Position numbers and translations under genes: made by a program. The notes beneath the pieces were generated by a model that saw nothing but the letters and a program-made list of their open reading frames with translations, was not told where the DNA came from and searched no databases. A DNA stretch of 64,000 nt, from assembly GCF_009914755.1 (NCBI RefSeq), contig NC_060926.1; one strand, written 5' to 3'. This stretch comes from the human T2T-CHM13v2.0 reference genome, Homo sapiens. Positions 11,772-25,770 of this stretch are shown piece by piece. Position 1 is the stretch's first letter. Each line of letters starts with the position of its first letter.

Positions 11772-13829
11772 CCAAACAAACAAAAACAAAGGTTAAAGTA
11801 AGATAGCAATTGAAGATTTTAGGTTGATAAGCTCAAATGTTATTTGAGGCTATCTGGCCAGCTGAGACTGGTACATTACTACCTTGTCCACTAAAATGCC
11901 CCTAATAGCAACCAACAGTGACTAGGGATGTGCATAGATCCAGGAGTGGCTCTCCAAGCTCCTCAGAATGTACCTAAGCTTATTTAATACAAAAATATTT
12001 TCAGTCCATTACTACTGAGTAAAACTAACGCTCTAGGAAGATATGTCATATTCACCTTTAGGTTTAGCATATCCTTGACAACTAGCAGGGAAAACATAGT
12101 TTCAGGAGAACAGGCTTGGGTGCCCAAGGGAGGACTCAGAAACCTCTTCCAGGCCTAGGCCTGATTCTATAACCAGGTGGCATATCAAGAAGTAATCTGT
12201 GAGGTAACTGGTTTAATAATCCGGTACTAATTCTACTTCACAATAATTTTAATTACTGTAGTCTTCTGCCAACCCGGCTAAAAAGAAATCCAGGCACACT
12301 TTTACACTGTCCCCAAATCAGTAGCACTTAGAGCTTTACATTCCACAAAGTGATATGTCATATATACTATTTCATTGTAACTTCCTATTCTTGTTTTTCA
12401 AAAGGCAAATTCACTGATGTTAAGGTGTTTGTTCAGGGCAGATAGTAAGCAAAGCAGCCAAGATGGAAACCAGGCCTTCTGACTTCCCTATCCTCTCTCT
12501 ACTCTACTGTGCTTGCCTGAGACCTAGGGATATAACAGGCTGACTCTTAACCCTAAGTAAGGCTCAGCTGTCACAAAGACCCAGAATCATCAGCAAACAG
12601 AAACACTCACAACTGAAAATGACCACTCTTAATTCAGTTCTAAGCCTGACAATTGGTTTACAACATACAGAGAAGTAAGGTCAGCCTTGGTGATTAACCT
12701 CGGCATTAAAAAAAAACTTTTCCATTATTTTGATGGTGGGGGATAGGAGGTAAAGTGATATGTTGATCTCATTTAGATACATGCAGTTTTTTGTCAGATA
12801 ATATATCAGGGCTTCAAACAGAGTTACTGAGTAGCATGCCTTTTTGTTTTTGTTAATTTTGCACTGGCTTTTCCTGATCTTTAAATAAAAACAAATCAAT
12901 AAAACTACCTCCAAACCAATGAAATGAGAGCGTAGTCTCTTGAGCAACTAATTAAACTGTTTTTAGAAATAGCTAATTAAGCTTTCCATTAAAATCCACC
13001 AAATAGACATACATAATTTACAAGGTGGAAAGCCATTTCAATCTCATGGGTAAAACAATTAAACAAGTCTTAAATTTATAACAGAGACTGCAGATTGGTA
13101 ATTCAGTGAGTAATTATATAATTAGGATGTATTTTATCTTTAAAAGAATATAATGTAAAAAAATAAATTTTTGGGTGCTAGACATATGGCCAAAGTGTAA
13201 AAACTTCATAAAACCCACAAATTCATTTAATGAAACTACTGAAATGCTCAAAGTATATATGTACAATACTAAGTGCTCATAAATAGTTTTCACTCAGCAT
13301 ACATTTTATTGAGTATCTATTATATGCTAGGCACTAATGAAACTGTAGCTTCATACCAGAGACTAGGGTGGTATACTATTTTACAAGGACCAAATATTAA
13401 ATACATATTTAATAAATAAATTGTAATTGAGATAAGTGCTGCATGAATAATGTATTTTTGCACCGTATTTTTGTCCCATAATCACATTTTCTAACAAAAG
13501 TTGAATTTGTCCGTGAAATCTATGACCATGCCCTCCTTCCAAACTGCTCCCTCCCCTCATGGGCTTTCTGACACTCTCACAGATGACTTCTACACCTCTC
13601 TCCATCCCAGATTTCTCGCTCTTTCCAATATGGATGTGCTTTTAAAGCCCTCTGAAGTCCAAACCACAGGGTAGTTTGTGACCATCTCATACGGTCCTTT
13701 TATCAGAAATAATACAGACAGGGAGCTGCAGTTTATAAACTCTCCTCCTCAATCTGCCTAATCCCTCCTTCCATAAAGCATTTAAAAAATTAAATTGTTT
13801 TAAATTTAAAAATTTAAAATTTTTAAAAT

Positions 13830-14060
13830 TCAGTGTTAAGTGGTTAAAAGCTTGGCTCTTGAGTAAAAACTAGCTGTAAAAGAATCTTAGCTCCATTTAC
13901 TAGTTATGGGATCTTAGATAAGTCTCAGTTTATTTGTAAAACTGGAATGAAGATAGTACCTATACTTCATGGGGACTGGAAGGATGAGATAATATAGGTA
14001 GAATGTATGGAATATACATAAGGCATATATTTTTAGTACCCAGCATGCAGAGAGCTCTCA
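13830..14060 (+). mobile_element. MIR SINE relic
   Basis: gtggttaaaagcttggctct...ccatttactagttatgggatcttag...tctcagtttatttgtaaaactggaatgaagatagtacct. Confidence 0.7.
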
Positions 14061-14950
14061 AAACTCTCAAAGACTATGTGGTGATGCTGATATTGATACT
14101 GTTATCATCATTAGCATCAGTCTTATAGCTTAACACAAGGCTTGGGACAAAGTAGATGCCAAATAAATGTTAAAAGAATGAGCAAAATTCATGGCACATT
14201 CGTAAGCCTCTCTGAATTCTTCAGACTCATAGACGAGTGCCTGTCTGAATGATTTCAGTCTCCTGCCCTTATACTGTCAGAATAGATTTAATACAAAGAA
14301 ATGTATAAATGTTTTGTCTTTTATCTAGGTTATTCAAAAAGTAATGGCAGGTCAGAGGTGCTAACAAGAATAGCATTTTAAATATTGTTTCTTCATTTGG
14401 CAGTCAAAATGTATGCAGAATATGAACTAAAAACATGTTAGAGAGAAAATTTTGATAACATAGGTATCTTAGCAACATAGCTGACTAAAGGAGACATTGA
14501 ATTGAAAACAATTGTTGTGCTGAGAGAACATGTGCCACCTGAAATAAGAAGGATGTTTAGGATTCATGAACTGTAGTTTTCTATTCCACAGGTTGTTGAA
14601 TCACTGTGGTTTAAACTAATCTGCAGGACCAAAACAACTATTACTGGAGGAATAATGTAAAGTGCCATGAACATTTTTGGATAAATAAAAACCCTCTGCA
14701 ATAAATTCCAAGAAAATATTAGAAGGAAAAGGGAATTTAGGCAGTATCTATCATTAGTAAGCCTAAAGTCTGATCACTTTTCCTCCTATGAACTCAAACC
14801 CATAACTTGCTATAAAATTACAAAATTATTTTCATTATTTTAAAATGCATGTCTTACTAATAGAGACATGAAAATAAGAAGTATATTGTTTTAAAAAAAA
14901 CTTGCCTAAAATATCTCCTCCTGCAGGATCAGCTGTAGAAAGGTTCTTAA

Positions 14951-15384
<434 letters not shown>

Positions 15385-15609
15385 ATGATACTGTTTTTAA
15401 TGAACAATAGCATATTAAATTAGTTACTGTAGGCTTTTTGTTTGTTTTCATTGTCTCTTCTCCTGTAGCTTACATTAAATTTAGAGTTTTACACTTCCAC
15501 ATTTGAAAACCTCTCCAAAAGAGAAAGTTAGGTTCACATCACAAGATATGAAAGGTATTTCTGGGTTCCCTTTAGAGATGGTTGTCTTGAGGAAAAGTAT
15601 TCTTTGTTT

Positions 15610-16452
15610 TAGTAGTAAGCTGAGCTAGCACTCTTCCCCACAGAAGTACCATTTTTTTACATGAAAGAATGAGTAAAACAAATTTTGGTTGTTCAGCCTT
15701 GGGTGTTTGGCATTTTCTATAAAATGAATGAAGTGCTCTGGCTACCTCAAGGAAACAACTGACAGTCAATGATAAAATTAAAACTTTCAGGTAAAATTAG
15801 AATTTTGGAAAATTTGTATCTGCCACCCTAAACTTGACAGCTTCCTACTACTTCAATGAGTTATCTGGTAAGATCAATGATGATACTAACAAATGTGACT
15901 TTTTGATATTGTATAAAATATGTCAACATTTGGAAGACCTACGTAACTCAGTGAACCAATATTTTACAAGTGATCAATGCATGATGTTTCAAAATCATGC
16001 ACAGTTGAAAGATCCATTTGAAGTTCAATAGACCAATGGGTTTCAGTGTAACAGAGTAAAAAATGGCTATTAATAAGGTTTCAGACTCCACATTGCAAGT
16101 AACCTTTAAGAAATTACTACTTGTCCAGTTTGGTATCACCACAGACTGAACACAGAAGCATTTATGAGAACCCAGTTTCATTTCCTTAAAATTAAGCCAT
16201 ACATTTAAGAGATTCACAGAAATGTAAAACACTGCTACTCTTCTAAATTTTTTTGTTTCAAAAATTGGTTATTTAATAATATTGTTAACATGTAATTTTT
16301 ATTGTTTCTTAAAGATATTTTATAAAATATATTTTAATTTCCAATATAGTAAATATCAACAGATATAACCCACATAAACAAAAGCTCTTCAAAGTCTGCA
16401 GTAATTTTTAAAGTGTAAAGGGGTCCTGACTCCAAAAAGCTTCAGAACCGCA
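15610..16452 (+). mobile_element. hAT-Charlie DNA transposon relic (Charlie1-like) with transposase remnant
   Basis: The terminus gatataacccacataaacaaaagctc...aaaggggtcctgactccaaaaagcttcagaaccgc is the Charlie1 end. Track ORF 15834 (CQHLEDLRNSVNQYF...LKDPF) resembles Charlie/Buster transposase. Confidence 0.8.
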
Positions 16453-17342
16453 TATCTAATCTATCAGTTGTAACTTTTACTGAGCAACAGAATCACACAT
16501 GTGATATAGATGTGTAGATAGAAAGATAAATACATTAATACAGATGTTTAGGCTCCATGTTGATTATACTGAATCAAAATTTCTGCAGATATCTCAATTT
16601 TATAGAAAGCTTCATTGGTGAGAACACTGATCGTCAGCACTTTAATAAAAAATTATTTATCACTGCATGTTTCAGAACTTCCCCCAAATTTAAAGTTTTA
16701 TTCTACTTATTTTATTTCTCATAAGTACTAGCATTAGTAAGACCATCTTTAATTTTTTTCTTATAGTTATGAAATGCTAATCTTTCAGTGTTACTGATTT
16801 CTCTTCTTCTGAGAGATAACATAGAAAATGATAAACTGACAAACTGTGTTAAAGACCTGAGAGGGTTTCTGTTTGTTTGCTTCTGTTTTCTTTTTCTTTT
16901 TTTTAACTTCTAAATAATAATAAACTCTCTACAGTAAGTGTTACATATAGACTCTAGAGTATTGATTTGGAAAGCACTTCAACTATCTTAAAAATCTTGT
17001 TTATTTGGGAGGTGACTGTCAACTCAGAGGTCTTTTGTCAGTTTCAAAGAGCTAGGGATGCTTCAACTTTGACAATGAAATGCTAATAAGCACTTTGAAG
17101 ACTGAAATGATGAAAACCTAAAACTGTCAAACTGAGTTTAAGTCAACTGTTGAAGACGTAAATGTATGCTGATTTATCTAAAATATAATAAATGCAATAT
17201 GCCTTATATTATAAATCTTAGTTATCAGATTTCATTAATATGCAAATAAATTAGGTTAATCATTTAATATGGCTCAATTATTTAAAAATTTACCTGTATC
17301 TCATTCTACTAAGTATACTGCTATTTAAAATTCACATGTTCT

Positions 17343-17647
17343 GGCTGGGCACAGTGGCTCATGCTTGTAATCCCAGCACTTTGGGAGGCTGAGGCGGGCA
17401 GACTGCTTGAGCCCAGAAGTTCGAGACCAGCCTGGGCACTATGGCAAAACCCCATCGCTACAAAAAAATTAGCTAGGCATGGTGGTGCATGCCTGTAGTA
17501 CCAGTACTTCAGAGGCTCAGGTAGGAGGATTGCTTTAGTCCAGGAGTTATTGAGGCTACAGTGAGCCAAGGTCGCACTACTGTAGTCCAGCCTGGGTTGA
17601 CAGATGGAGACCCTGTCTCTAAATAAATAAATAAAAATAAAATAAAA
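17343..17647 (+). mobile_element. AluJ
   Basis: J-type ttgagcccagaagttcgagaccagcctgggc; (AAAT)n tail; degenerate TSD aaaat(t/g)cac(a/t)tgtt. Confidence 0.93.
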
Positions 17648-18629
17648 TGCACTTGTTGAATTAGTGCAATCTTATGTGTAATTCACACAACCACTAAGTC
17701 TAAATCCTTTATTTATTTATTGTTGTTGTTCCTATGAAAGGAACAAGATTATTTGAATTTGTACATCTGTGTGATACTTCATGAAGAGAGGACAGCATTT
17801 GACATAAGCAACTAAGAGAGAACTAAGCTACACTTTAAGAAAGGATATTTTATTTTTCTACATTAAAAATTCGATATCATAGGTTTTCTTATTCAATGAA
17901 TTGGAATCTTCGTTCCTTCAGCATTTGGTAAGAGTTTATTTAAAAAACGGAACATAAGAGTTGCAATTCTAGAGTGACATTCTTTAATGGCCCATCTGAA
18001 CCATGCTTCAACTTCCTTTGGGCAGCTCTAGAGGTACTACTCCCTTTTGGTAAACTAACTACTTAAAAGATAGTGATCTACTTAGTCTTTATTCAGTCCA
18101 ACATTAAGTCTCTACAATGATACTAAGGGGCATTGTGTGGAAGGGTCTGGCTGTCCTCTATGATGTCACTCCCAAAAATAGAGGATGCACTATTAAGACA
18201 GCCCCCTAGAATATCTTGATAATTCACCATAAACCTATCACCCCCAAAGATCTCCATGTTAATACCTATCCCTAAAAGACTGCATTAAAGATTAAAGGAG
18301 ATAACCTGGTGAAGTACTTCGCACAGCTTCTGAAACACCATGCTCAATAAATGTTAGTTATTTCTGTTATAATTCTAAGCTTTACAATCCTTAGAAATGT
18401 ATAGTAGGGAGCTAGAACAGACTTTCAATGTTCTAAGGCCAAAGGGAATGGTTTGATTGGCTCAAAGATTTATAATCCTAGTCAGTAGCAGATTTAAGTA
18501 TTCACGTCTATACTTAAACCTGTATGTGTTCAGCCTATTCTACCTCTTGGAATAAGTTGTCAGAAGTACAGAATCTTTAATCGGAAAAACCTCTTAAAGG
18601 TTAACAAAAAGAACATATGGGTAGAAAAT

Positions 18630-18780
18630 TATGGCAGCTAGAAGGGACCTTGTGGTCATCTATGAAGCTGAGTCCTTCATTTTACTATTGAGGCCCAGAG
18701 AGGTTATTAAGACATGCTCAAAGCAAAAATCATTAGCTAAAGTGACAGACTAGGATCCAGATCTCTTCTTCAAAGTAGAT
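18630..18780 (-). mobile_element. MIR relic
   Basis: cattttactattgaggcccagagaggtta...gactaggatccagatctc. Confidence 0.6.
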
Positions 18781-19846
18781 GCCCCATTAAAAAGTTGGTT
18801 ATTTTTCTGTGTGTGAGGGAATTGCTGGATAAACAGGACATAACATGTGATAAAGCTGCTTTTGAAGTGTTTCTATTTAAAGAGTAAATGTGGATCTTTA
18901 TGTAAAACAAATCTCAAAAAGTTAAGAAATTAAGGGAGGAAAAGAATAGCAGAAAAAGAACCAGATACTGTGGATCACTCCAAGCTATGACCAAACACTT
19001 AGCATATAGGACTATAGAAATTCTTTTAGGAATCTTAACACCAGATAAAACATTAAAGATCCATTACTGTTTAAGTACCTTTTTCTAAAGAAAAATAAAT
19101 GAGCTTAAAAGTTTAAAATATTTTTGTATAAAATCAAAAGTGATGTAATATTAAAAACATTTATAATCAATGTCTGTATGATTTTTAAAAATAAAACACA
19201 GAAAAAACCCATCCCCTTGCAGTAACACTGCTTCCAAAAAAAAGCATTTTCATATTCATTAGTTAGGGAAAGGCATTTTGTGGGGGTTTTTTCTGTAAGG
19301 TGACAAAGGGAATTCACTATTCACATTGAAATACTTGGTAATTAGAATGCTATAGCCACAAGATAGCAAAATAGTTCTGGTTTAAATAACAATTTCAGCT
19401 AAGCCCTTCTATGCACACTGCAGATGGAAATTATGGAAATCCTTTCCTCTCAAAATACTTTGTGAATTTAGAACTGGGCAACTCTAAAGTGTAGACAAGC
19501 TTGACTATGATTACATATGAAGCTAAAGTACAAACTTTCTATATTCAGCAAATTCAGAAAAATGTTTCTCTCATATAGTTTTATAATTTTAAAGATACAG
19601 ACTATTCCAAGAAAAACAATTTGCACGTTTTTAATTATCTCCGAAAGAAATTAATTTATAAATTTAAATTTTTATTAGTTATCCTTATTTATAAATAAAT
19701 GCTGCTTTTTAGCGCATTAAATATTCTGGAAACAAATGAAAAAGCCATTTTGCAAGACTAAACAAAATTCTAAACTTACAAAGACTGTTAAAATGACAAC
19801 TTTTTTTTACTTAATTTTTTTTTTTTTTTTTAAAGATTACTTAAGG

Positions 19847-20143
19847 GCCAGGAGCAGTGGCTCATGCCTGTAATCCTAGCACTTTGGGAGGCCAAGGCAG
19901 GCGGATCAGTTGAACTCAGGAGTTGGAGACCAGCCTGGGCAACGTGGTGAAACTCTATCTTTACTAAAAATACAAAAAAATTAGCTGAGCGTGGTGGTGC
20001 ACGCCTATAGTCCCAGCTATTCGGGAGGCTTGAGGCATGAGAATCACCTGAACTCGGGAGATGGAGGTTGCAGTGAGCCGAGATTGTGTCAAACTGCACT
20101 CCCGCACAGGTGACAGAGCGAGACTCTGTCTCAAAAAAAAAAA
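19847..20143 (+). mobile_element. AluS (old, Sz-like), inserted next to a T-tract (19801-19831)
   Basis: Full dimer; TSD aaagattactt(a/c)agg. Confidence 0.93.
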
Positions 20144-20719
20144 AAGATTACTTCAGGAAGATTTATTGTTAAACATAGACAGTATAGGGAAAAAGAGTAC
20201 TGGTTACCAATCACTAAATAACAAAATGTCCTGGCAAGAAGAGTTTCTCTCTTTCTACTCCAATTTCCTCATCTTTAAAAATGATGCAAATAATATTTAA
20301 GTTTCTTTTTTTGTATTCTGGGTGTGAATGACAAAAATTAACTTTATGAACAGAGCCATGATGGTCTTGTTCATTACATAATGAATATTGAAAGAATGAA
20401 TGAATAAAAAAATTAAAGGACTAGCTAAATTCCCTGCTTATAAAGTAATATAATATAGACATTTAAAACATAAAGCAGATATATATATACATTCACATGG
20501 AAAGATTGTTCATAGCCTAATGGTCGATAAAGCAAATTACAAAGTAGTTTATATAGAAGAAACATTCCTTGCCCCCAACTCTGGAAGGACAAACAGCAGA
20601 ATATTATTAGTTATATTATCTGTCAATAGTGTGACCTGGGTTAATTTTTATATTCTTATTGTTTCTCATAGTTTTATTATTTGTGTAAGCAATGAACATG
20701 GGTTACTTAAAATAAAAAT

Positions 20720-20905
20720 ATAAAAGTGTACATTAATCTATGCGTAGGAAGACAGACTAAAAGGAAACTCATCAAAATGTTAACATAAAGTTGGCTTTGA
20801 ATGGTGGAGCTATAAGTAAGCCCCTTCCTTCTTTCTTTGTTTTTCATATCTTTCTAATTTTTTATGAAGAGCTTGTATTTCTTTAATACTTGGAAAAATA
20901 TCTTA
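20720..20905 (+). mobile_element. Ancient L1M(E) 3' fragment
   Basis: caaaatgttaaca...tggtggagctataag...ttgtatttctttaatacttggaaaaa. Confidence 0.5.
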
Positions 20906-22249
20906 AATTTATTAATTAGATATATCAACATGATTTGTTTTGAAAGTTAAGAACAGTTTTAGATAATATAATTGGACTTGCTCACAAATATCACCTACAC
21001 ATGTTGGCATAACATGATGAGTTAGTCAGTGCAAATGAAATATTTCTACAATTTTCTACTACTTTGGTACTCTGGTACCCTCCTCTCTGCAATAGATTCC
21101 CGGTGCTCCCAGCCTTAAGAAACACTACACCTCTAGAATATGGCCAATAAACCATGCAGAGTTCTAAAGATAGGTCACAAGAAGAGACTGCTGAGCCCCT
21201 AATGGCTGCTTCCTTAGAGAGCAAGTCCAGATCACTGGAGGGCCCACTCCAGTCAACGTGCATTGAAATCAGTTACTAAACTAATATGCAAATAATTTAA
21301 TCTTTTTAAAAGAAATTAGAATGAAGTCAAGGTTCTGCCTATAGTAACATTCCTCAAACAATTACATTCCAATAGGTTTTCCTAAAGGCAACAGGAGAAA
21401 AGTTATAATCATTTCTCCAGGAATTTTACACAACCCGCAATCCACCCATGGGAGGCTGCTACACAAGAGAATGTCATTCTTCACCTGGGAATGGGTAAAG
21501 GAGAACTCCATTCTACAGGACAGTTGAGTGGGCTGCACCTACATAGTTTCAAGGAGCATAAGGAGAGAAATCTAAATGTTGTAGTGGTGTTCCATAGGAA
21601 ACTCTGAAATCATACAACTGCCATAATTTTCCCATTTGAGTTAGACTGTGAGAGGGAAATGCAGAAATGATAGTTTTTCTCACTGTGGTACCTGGTACCA
21701 TGAGGTAGAGTTCACACTCAGAGAGCAGGGGATGCTCTACTTTCCCATCAACTGTGATCATGAGTATCACCTGCTGGGGGACCTGTTCAGGCCAGAGAGG
21801 AAGAGCAAAGGTATAGTCAATGATTAAAGGAGGGCTGGCTGAGTGAATCTGGCTCAGGTCCAAGATCCCAACAGAGCAGAGGCTCTTCTCCCTGCACCCA
21901 GGAATCCTCCCTTGTTGTGTACTCAAATTTACTGAAGCATTTATTACTGATTAAAAGGTGAAGACTCCCTAATGATACGACTGAACTTCAACAAGTTACA
22001 CTGCCTTGTAATCACTACTATACACCTCTAATTCCTTTGCTGCTCATATTTCCCTAAGAAAAATGACCTGAGAAAGTTTACATTCCAAAATTGGAGTTAA
22101 GGAAGGTAGATATTAAAGATAATTAGATGATATGCTTATAATAAATAAAAAGAGGAAAAACAAAGAAAGGAGTACTTCAAATATAAGAAACTAAAAATAA
22201 GATGTCACCTGTTAGGTCAACAATTTAAAATTTTTCTTGTCCTAATAGA

Positions 22250-22440
22250 AATCCTGGGGTCTGGGTGGGGGTAAGATTTTCTACAAGAGGGCATGAGAGA
22301 ATTTTCTGGAGTTTCTATATATTGATTGTAGGGTTGGTTATACAGGTGCATACAGTTGTCAAAACTCATCAAACTGTACATGGAACTGTGCACATTTTAC
22401 TGTATGTAAATTATACCTTAAAAAGTTATCTTTTTAAAAA
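22250..22440 (+). mobile_element. Ancient L1M(C/E) 3' end
   Basis: ttgtcaaaactcatcaaactgtaca...cattttactgtatgtaaattatacctt. Confidence 0.75.
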
Positions 22441-23099
22441 TTCTTGGAAACATGGAGACATGGGCTCATTTGTAGAGTTTCCACATTATAAATAAAAACA
22501 GAACTTTCTCAAGGGATGAGGACTACAGCTTTTTTCTCACTATGAACTTAGGCAGCAGCCCAAAGCCATTCTAAAGTTAATAAGCAAACTATACCCAGAA
22601 CAGAGATCCCTTCCTGTTTAGTGGGTGAAAGGAACAGGGGTGTAAAATCTCTTAAGAAGGTGCTAAACAATCTGCAGCTTGCATAAAAGCCCCTGTTTTT
22701 GGAGGGAAATTTTACAGTAAAGATGACCTTTCACTAAACACTGTTAGTAAATAAGTATAAGATGAAGTAATGTAGATATTATTAACTAAAATGTTTACAC
22801 TGGATAAGATGTAAAATTTAAGAATGTAAACGAAGCCATCAGCAAACCTACAGCATTTAGTGAATGTTCACTGAATGGTGTTAGAAGCTAACGAAATGAA
22901 GGATAATAAGGCTGATTCCTTCAAGTTACTGACAAACCACAGTGAAAATAATGCAGCATACTTTAAAAGGGACATAAAGACAAGGATAAGATTAGTAGCC
23001 ATTATAGCTGCCTATAATTTCCTGTTGAAAGAATCCCGTTACTGCAATATAATGTCTACGTTTAAGCATTTTTGACCAGTTGTAGTAATTTGAAAGAGG

Positions 23100-23380
23100 C
23101 CCCCAAAGAGTTAGGGACTAATTTATGAGGCCATATTAAAAACATGTGTTTTCATAACTTAAGTAAAGGCTCAGAGGCATGGCTATTGTTTTCCAATCTC
23201 TGAGAGGTGCAAATACTAGGAGAAAGGAGAAATGATTCCAAATAAAAAAGGAAAATACGATGGAGCAAAACGCATAAGATGAAAATTACAGATCCAGAGT
23301 ATGTGGTCTAAAGTGAGGATTTACAACTGGAAAGCAGATTCTTTTAGAACTGCCCGCAAAGTTAGGGTGTGAGCAACATG
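23100..23380 (+). mobile_element. Possible CR1/L3 relic
   Basis: Weak resemblance (tatgagg...ctcagaggcatggctattgttttccaatctctgagagg...gaaaattacag) to the L3 3' region. Confidence 0.35.
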
Positions 23381-24753
23381 GCCAAGACCAGATTAACTGC
23401 TTGATAGTCTCATCTTGCTTTGTACCCCAAATGGTGTTACTCTTCTATAAGCTACCAGAGTTGATTCCTTTTGAAAAGTTTGATGAATAAAGATTTTGAC
23501 ATCAATGATTATTTCCTCACCAAAATAAAGACTTTGAAGTAGCAATCGTGAAAGAATTTCTAATAGCTTTCTTTTCTAACCCTTAAATCAGTAATTTAAG
23601 TGATTTTATTTGTTTAGTTGGCCCAGATACAGAAACCTTCCAAAACTGCAGCTGGCTTGGAAAATTACAATTTGGTCTTCTGTTGGCCTGGTTCTTTGGA
23701 ACTGGGGAACTGATGTTTATCTTCCATCTTCCTCTTTCCATCTGGTTTTCCCTAATGGCCTTCAATTACTGATCTTTTCTGTGGGTGATAAGATGGAAGG
23801 ATGGATGAGATTCACACAAATAATTTCCTGGGCCCCATTTGAGTTTTCTTTAATCATTACAGCATGGGATTCTCTGGTAAGGTGTAGATGGTCCCAACAC
23901 AAAATTGATGGCCATGAGCTTGGTCACTTACCATCTTGGCTGCTTTGAACATAGCCCTAAAGAGGAGCATCTAGCCACCACCCTCACGAACTATTTCATG
24001 TCACAAAAGACAATTGTTTTCTACCTCTGATGCTTTAACCATAGAATGAAGAATGACCCTCTCCACCTCCCAAGGATATTCTAAGGATTCTGAATTCTTT
24101 AAGGGAAAAATACGTAGTAGCAAATCAAACTGAATGACTGTTTTTCTTTCTCAGTCTCAGGAGTGATTTCCATTAGGACCTTGGATTTGGCTGAACTCAT
24201 TTTTAAAAAGTCATTTATGTAGTCAGTCAACAACTGTTCATATAAAACTCAAGGTGTCGAGTCACAAATGAAACAATACTGGGGGAAAAAAGCCTTGAAA
24301 CTGCGGTGGAATGCCAGAATCTCATATTAATTTCTTATTCGTGATTCTGAAAAATCAGTTTTCTCATCTACAAAGGTGTTTTCTGTGGTCTGCTGGGCTA
24401 TGATAAAGGCAAACTCAAATCAAAGTGAGTCCAACTTAGTATTTATTTAATGCCTGTGATAATATACAGATGATAAAGGAAGCTTGTCTCCTGCTTTCAA
24501 GATGCCTAAGTGTTATTAAATAGGGAGAAATAATGAAACATTAAAATGTAAGTTCTTTGAGACAGGGCTTAAATCTTCAACATCTTTTATTTCCTCCAGA
24601 CCCTAGCCTGTTTCCTTGCAAATGGGAGGCATACAATAAATGCTGAATTAAGTGCAATTAATTTTGATAGGAGATAAGTTAGTTCAGGAGACTGAAGAAG
24701 AAATGGAGATAATATTCCTGCCTTGCTCTTAACTTGTTTAAATTCCAACATAA

Positions 24754-25050
24754 GGCCAGGCACTGTGGCTCACGTCTGTAATCCCAGCACTTCAGGAGGC
24801 GGAGGTGGGTAGATCACTTGAGCTCAAGAGTTTGAGACCAGCTTGGGCAACATGGAGAAACCTCATCTCTACAAAAAAATACAAAAATTAGCCAGGTATG
24901 GTAATGCACAGCTTGTAGTCCCAGCTATTTGGGAGGCTAAGGCAGGAGGATCGCTTGAGCCCAGGAGGTCAAGGCTGCAGTGAGCCATGTTTGCATCAAT
25001 GCACTCCTGTCTGGGTGATGAAGTGAGACCCCACCTCAAACAAAAAAGGA
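24754..25050 (+). mobile_element. AluJ
   Basis: ggaggatcgcttgagcccaggaggtcaaggctgcag; TSD tccaacataa at 24744-24753 and 25051-25060. Confidence 0.95.
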
Positions 25051-25599
25051 TCCAACATAACTTCTGAATATCAAGAAGAAATTGTGTAGATGGCTCATGA
25101 AAGACTATTTAGAAAATGAAATGTAAAGATATTAAACAGACTTACAGAAAATCTGAAAGATCTTAATGGGCTCAAGATGGAGTGCAGGTTTAATAAAAGT
25201 TCACTGAGAGGCATAGAAGCAGAAAGCTTGACTTGTCTTACATTCAGGCAAAGGAGAGTTAAAATACTGTTCGATACTAAAATGCAAATACCACAGGAAA
25301 ATAATATATTTTGGCCTTAAAAGTCATTAGAGAATTATTGGACAAAGGCATACGTTTCCTGATTAGAGATAGAGCTATCACCATATTATTAAAAGAGAAA
25401 CTGCTTTCTTCATAAAGCAATTAGGAGCCCTTTGCTCCTAACACAAGATAACAATCTTGTGAACTTAAAGAGCAGTTCAAGCACTCAAAAGATGGATCTT
25501 AAAGAGAAATCTGAACATGCTATTCCTAGCAAAAGCTAGGGGGACAGTACTAAGACCCAGGAATGGGCACCTGGTTGGGGACTACTCTGATCCCAGAAA

Positions 25600-25770
25600 G
25601 CAATAATTCTTCATGCAATGCTTCACATTTACTAGGAAGGCCACATTACAAAATCTTTGCAATACTCCTGTTCACCAGAGTAATGGTATCCATAATCCCC
25701 ATTTTAGAGACTGGGGCAACTTGAGACTTAAGGAGGTTAAGGACTTGTTCAAGACCACACAGACTAATAT
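25600..25770 (-). mobile_element. MIR relic
   Basis: ataatccccattttagag...gaggttaaggacttgttcaagaccacacag. Confidence 0.65.

Noticed and set aside
12450-12466. 17-nt inverted match to 23931-23947 (caaagcagccaagatgg)
   Set aside because: One copy lies in a decayed MIR-like segment, and a single 17-mer match is plausible by chance in this window size.
13780-13830. AT-only quasi-palindromic stretch
   Set aside because: Low-complexity sequence with short palindromes only.
15834-16031. Possible domesticated transposase exon
   Set aside because: Short, stop-bounded fragment of a Charlie relic, antisense to the host gene.
21282-21295. taatatgcaaataa octamer 14-mer repeated at 17236-17249
   Set aside because: AT-rich 14-mer repeats are expected many times by chance.
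21549-21926. 125-aa minus-strand ORF
   Set aside because: Non-ATG start, no recognisable domain and no convincing splice sites; the length is compatible with chance.
23932-23956. 25-nt microexon-like segment (ctcctctttag|G...ATG|gtaagt, minus)
   Set aside because: Frameshifting, short pyrimidine tract and no additional support; such pairs are expected by chance in 64 kb.
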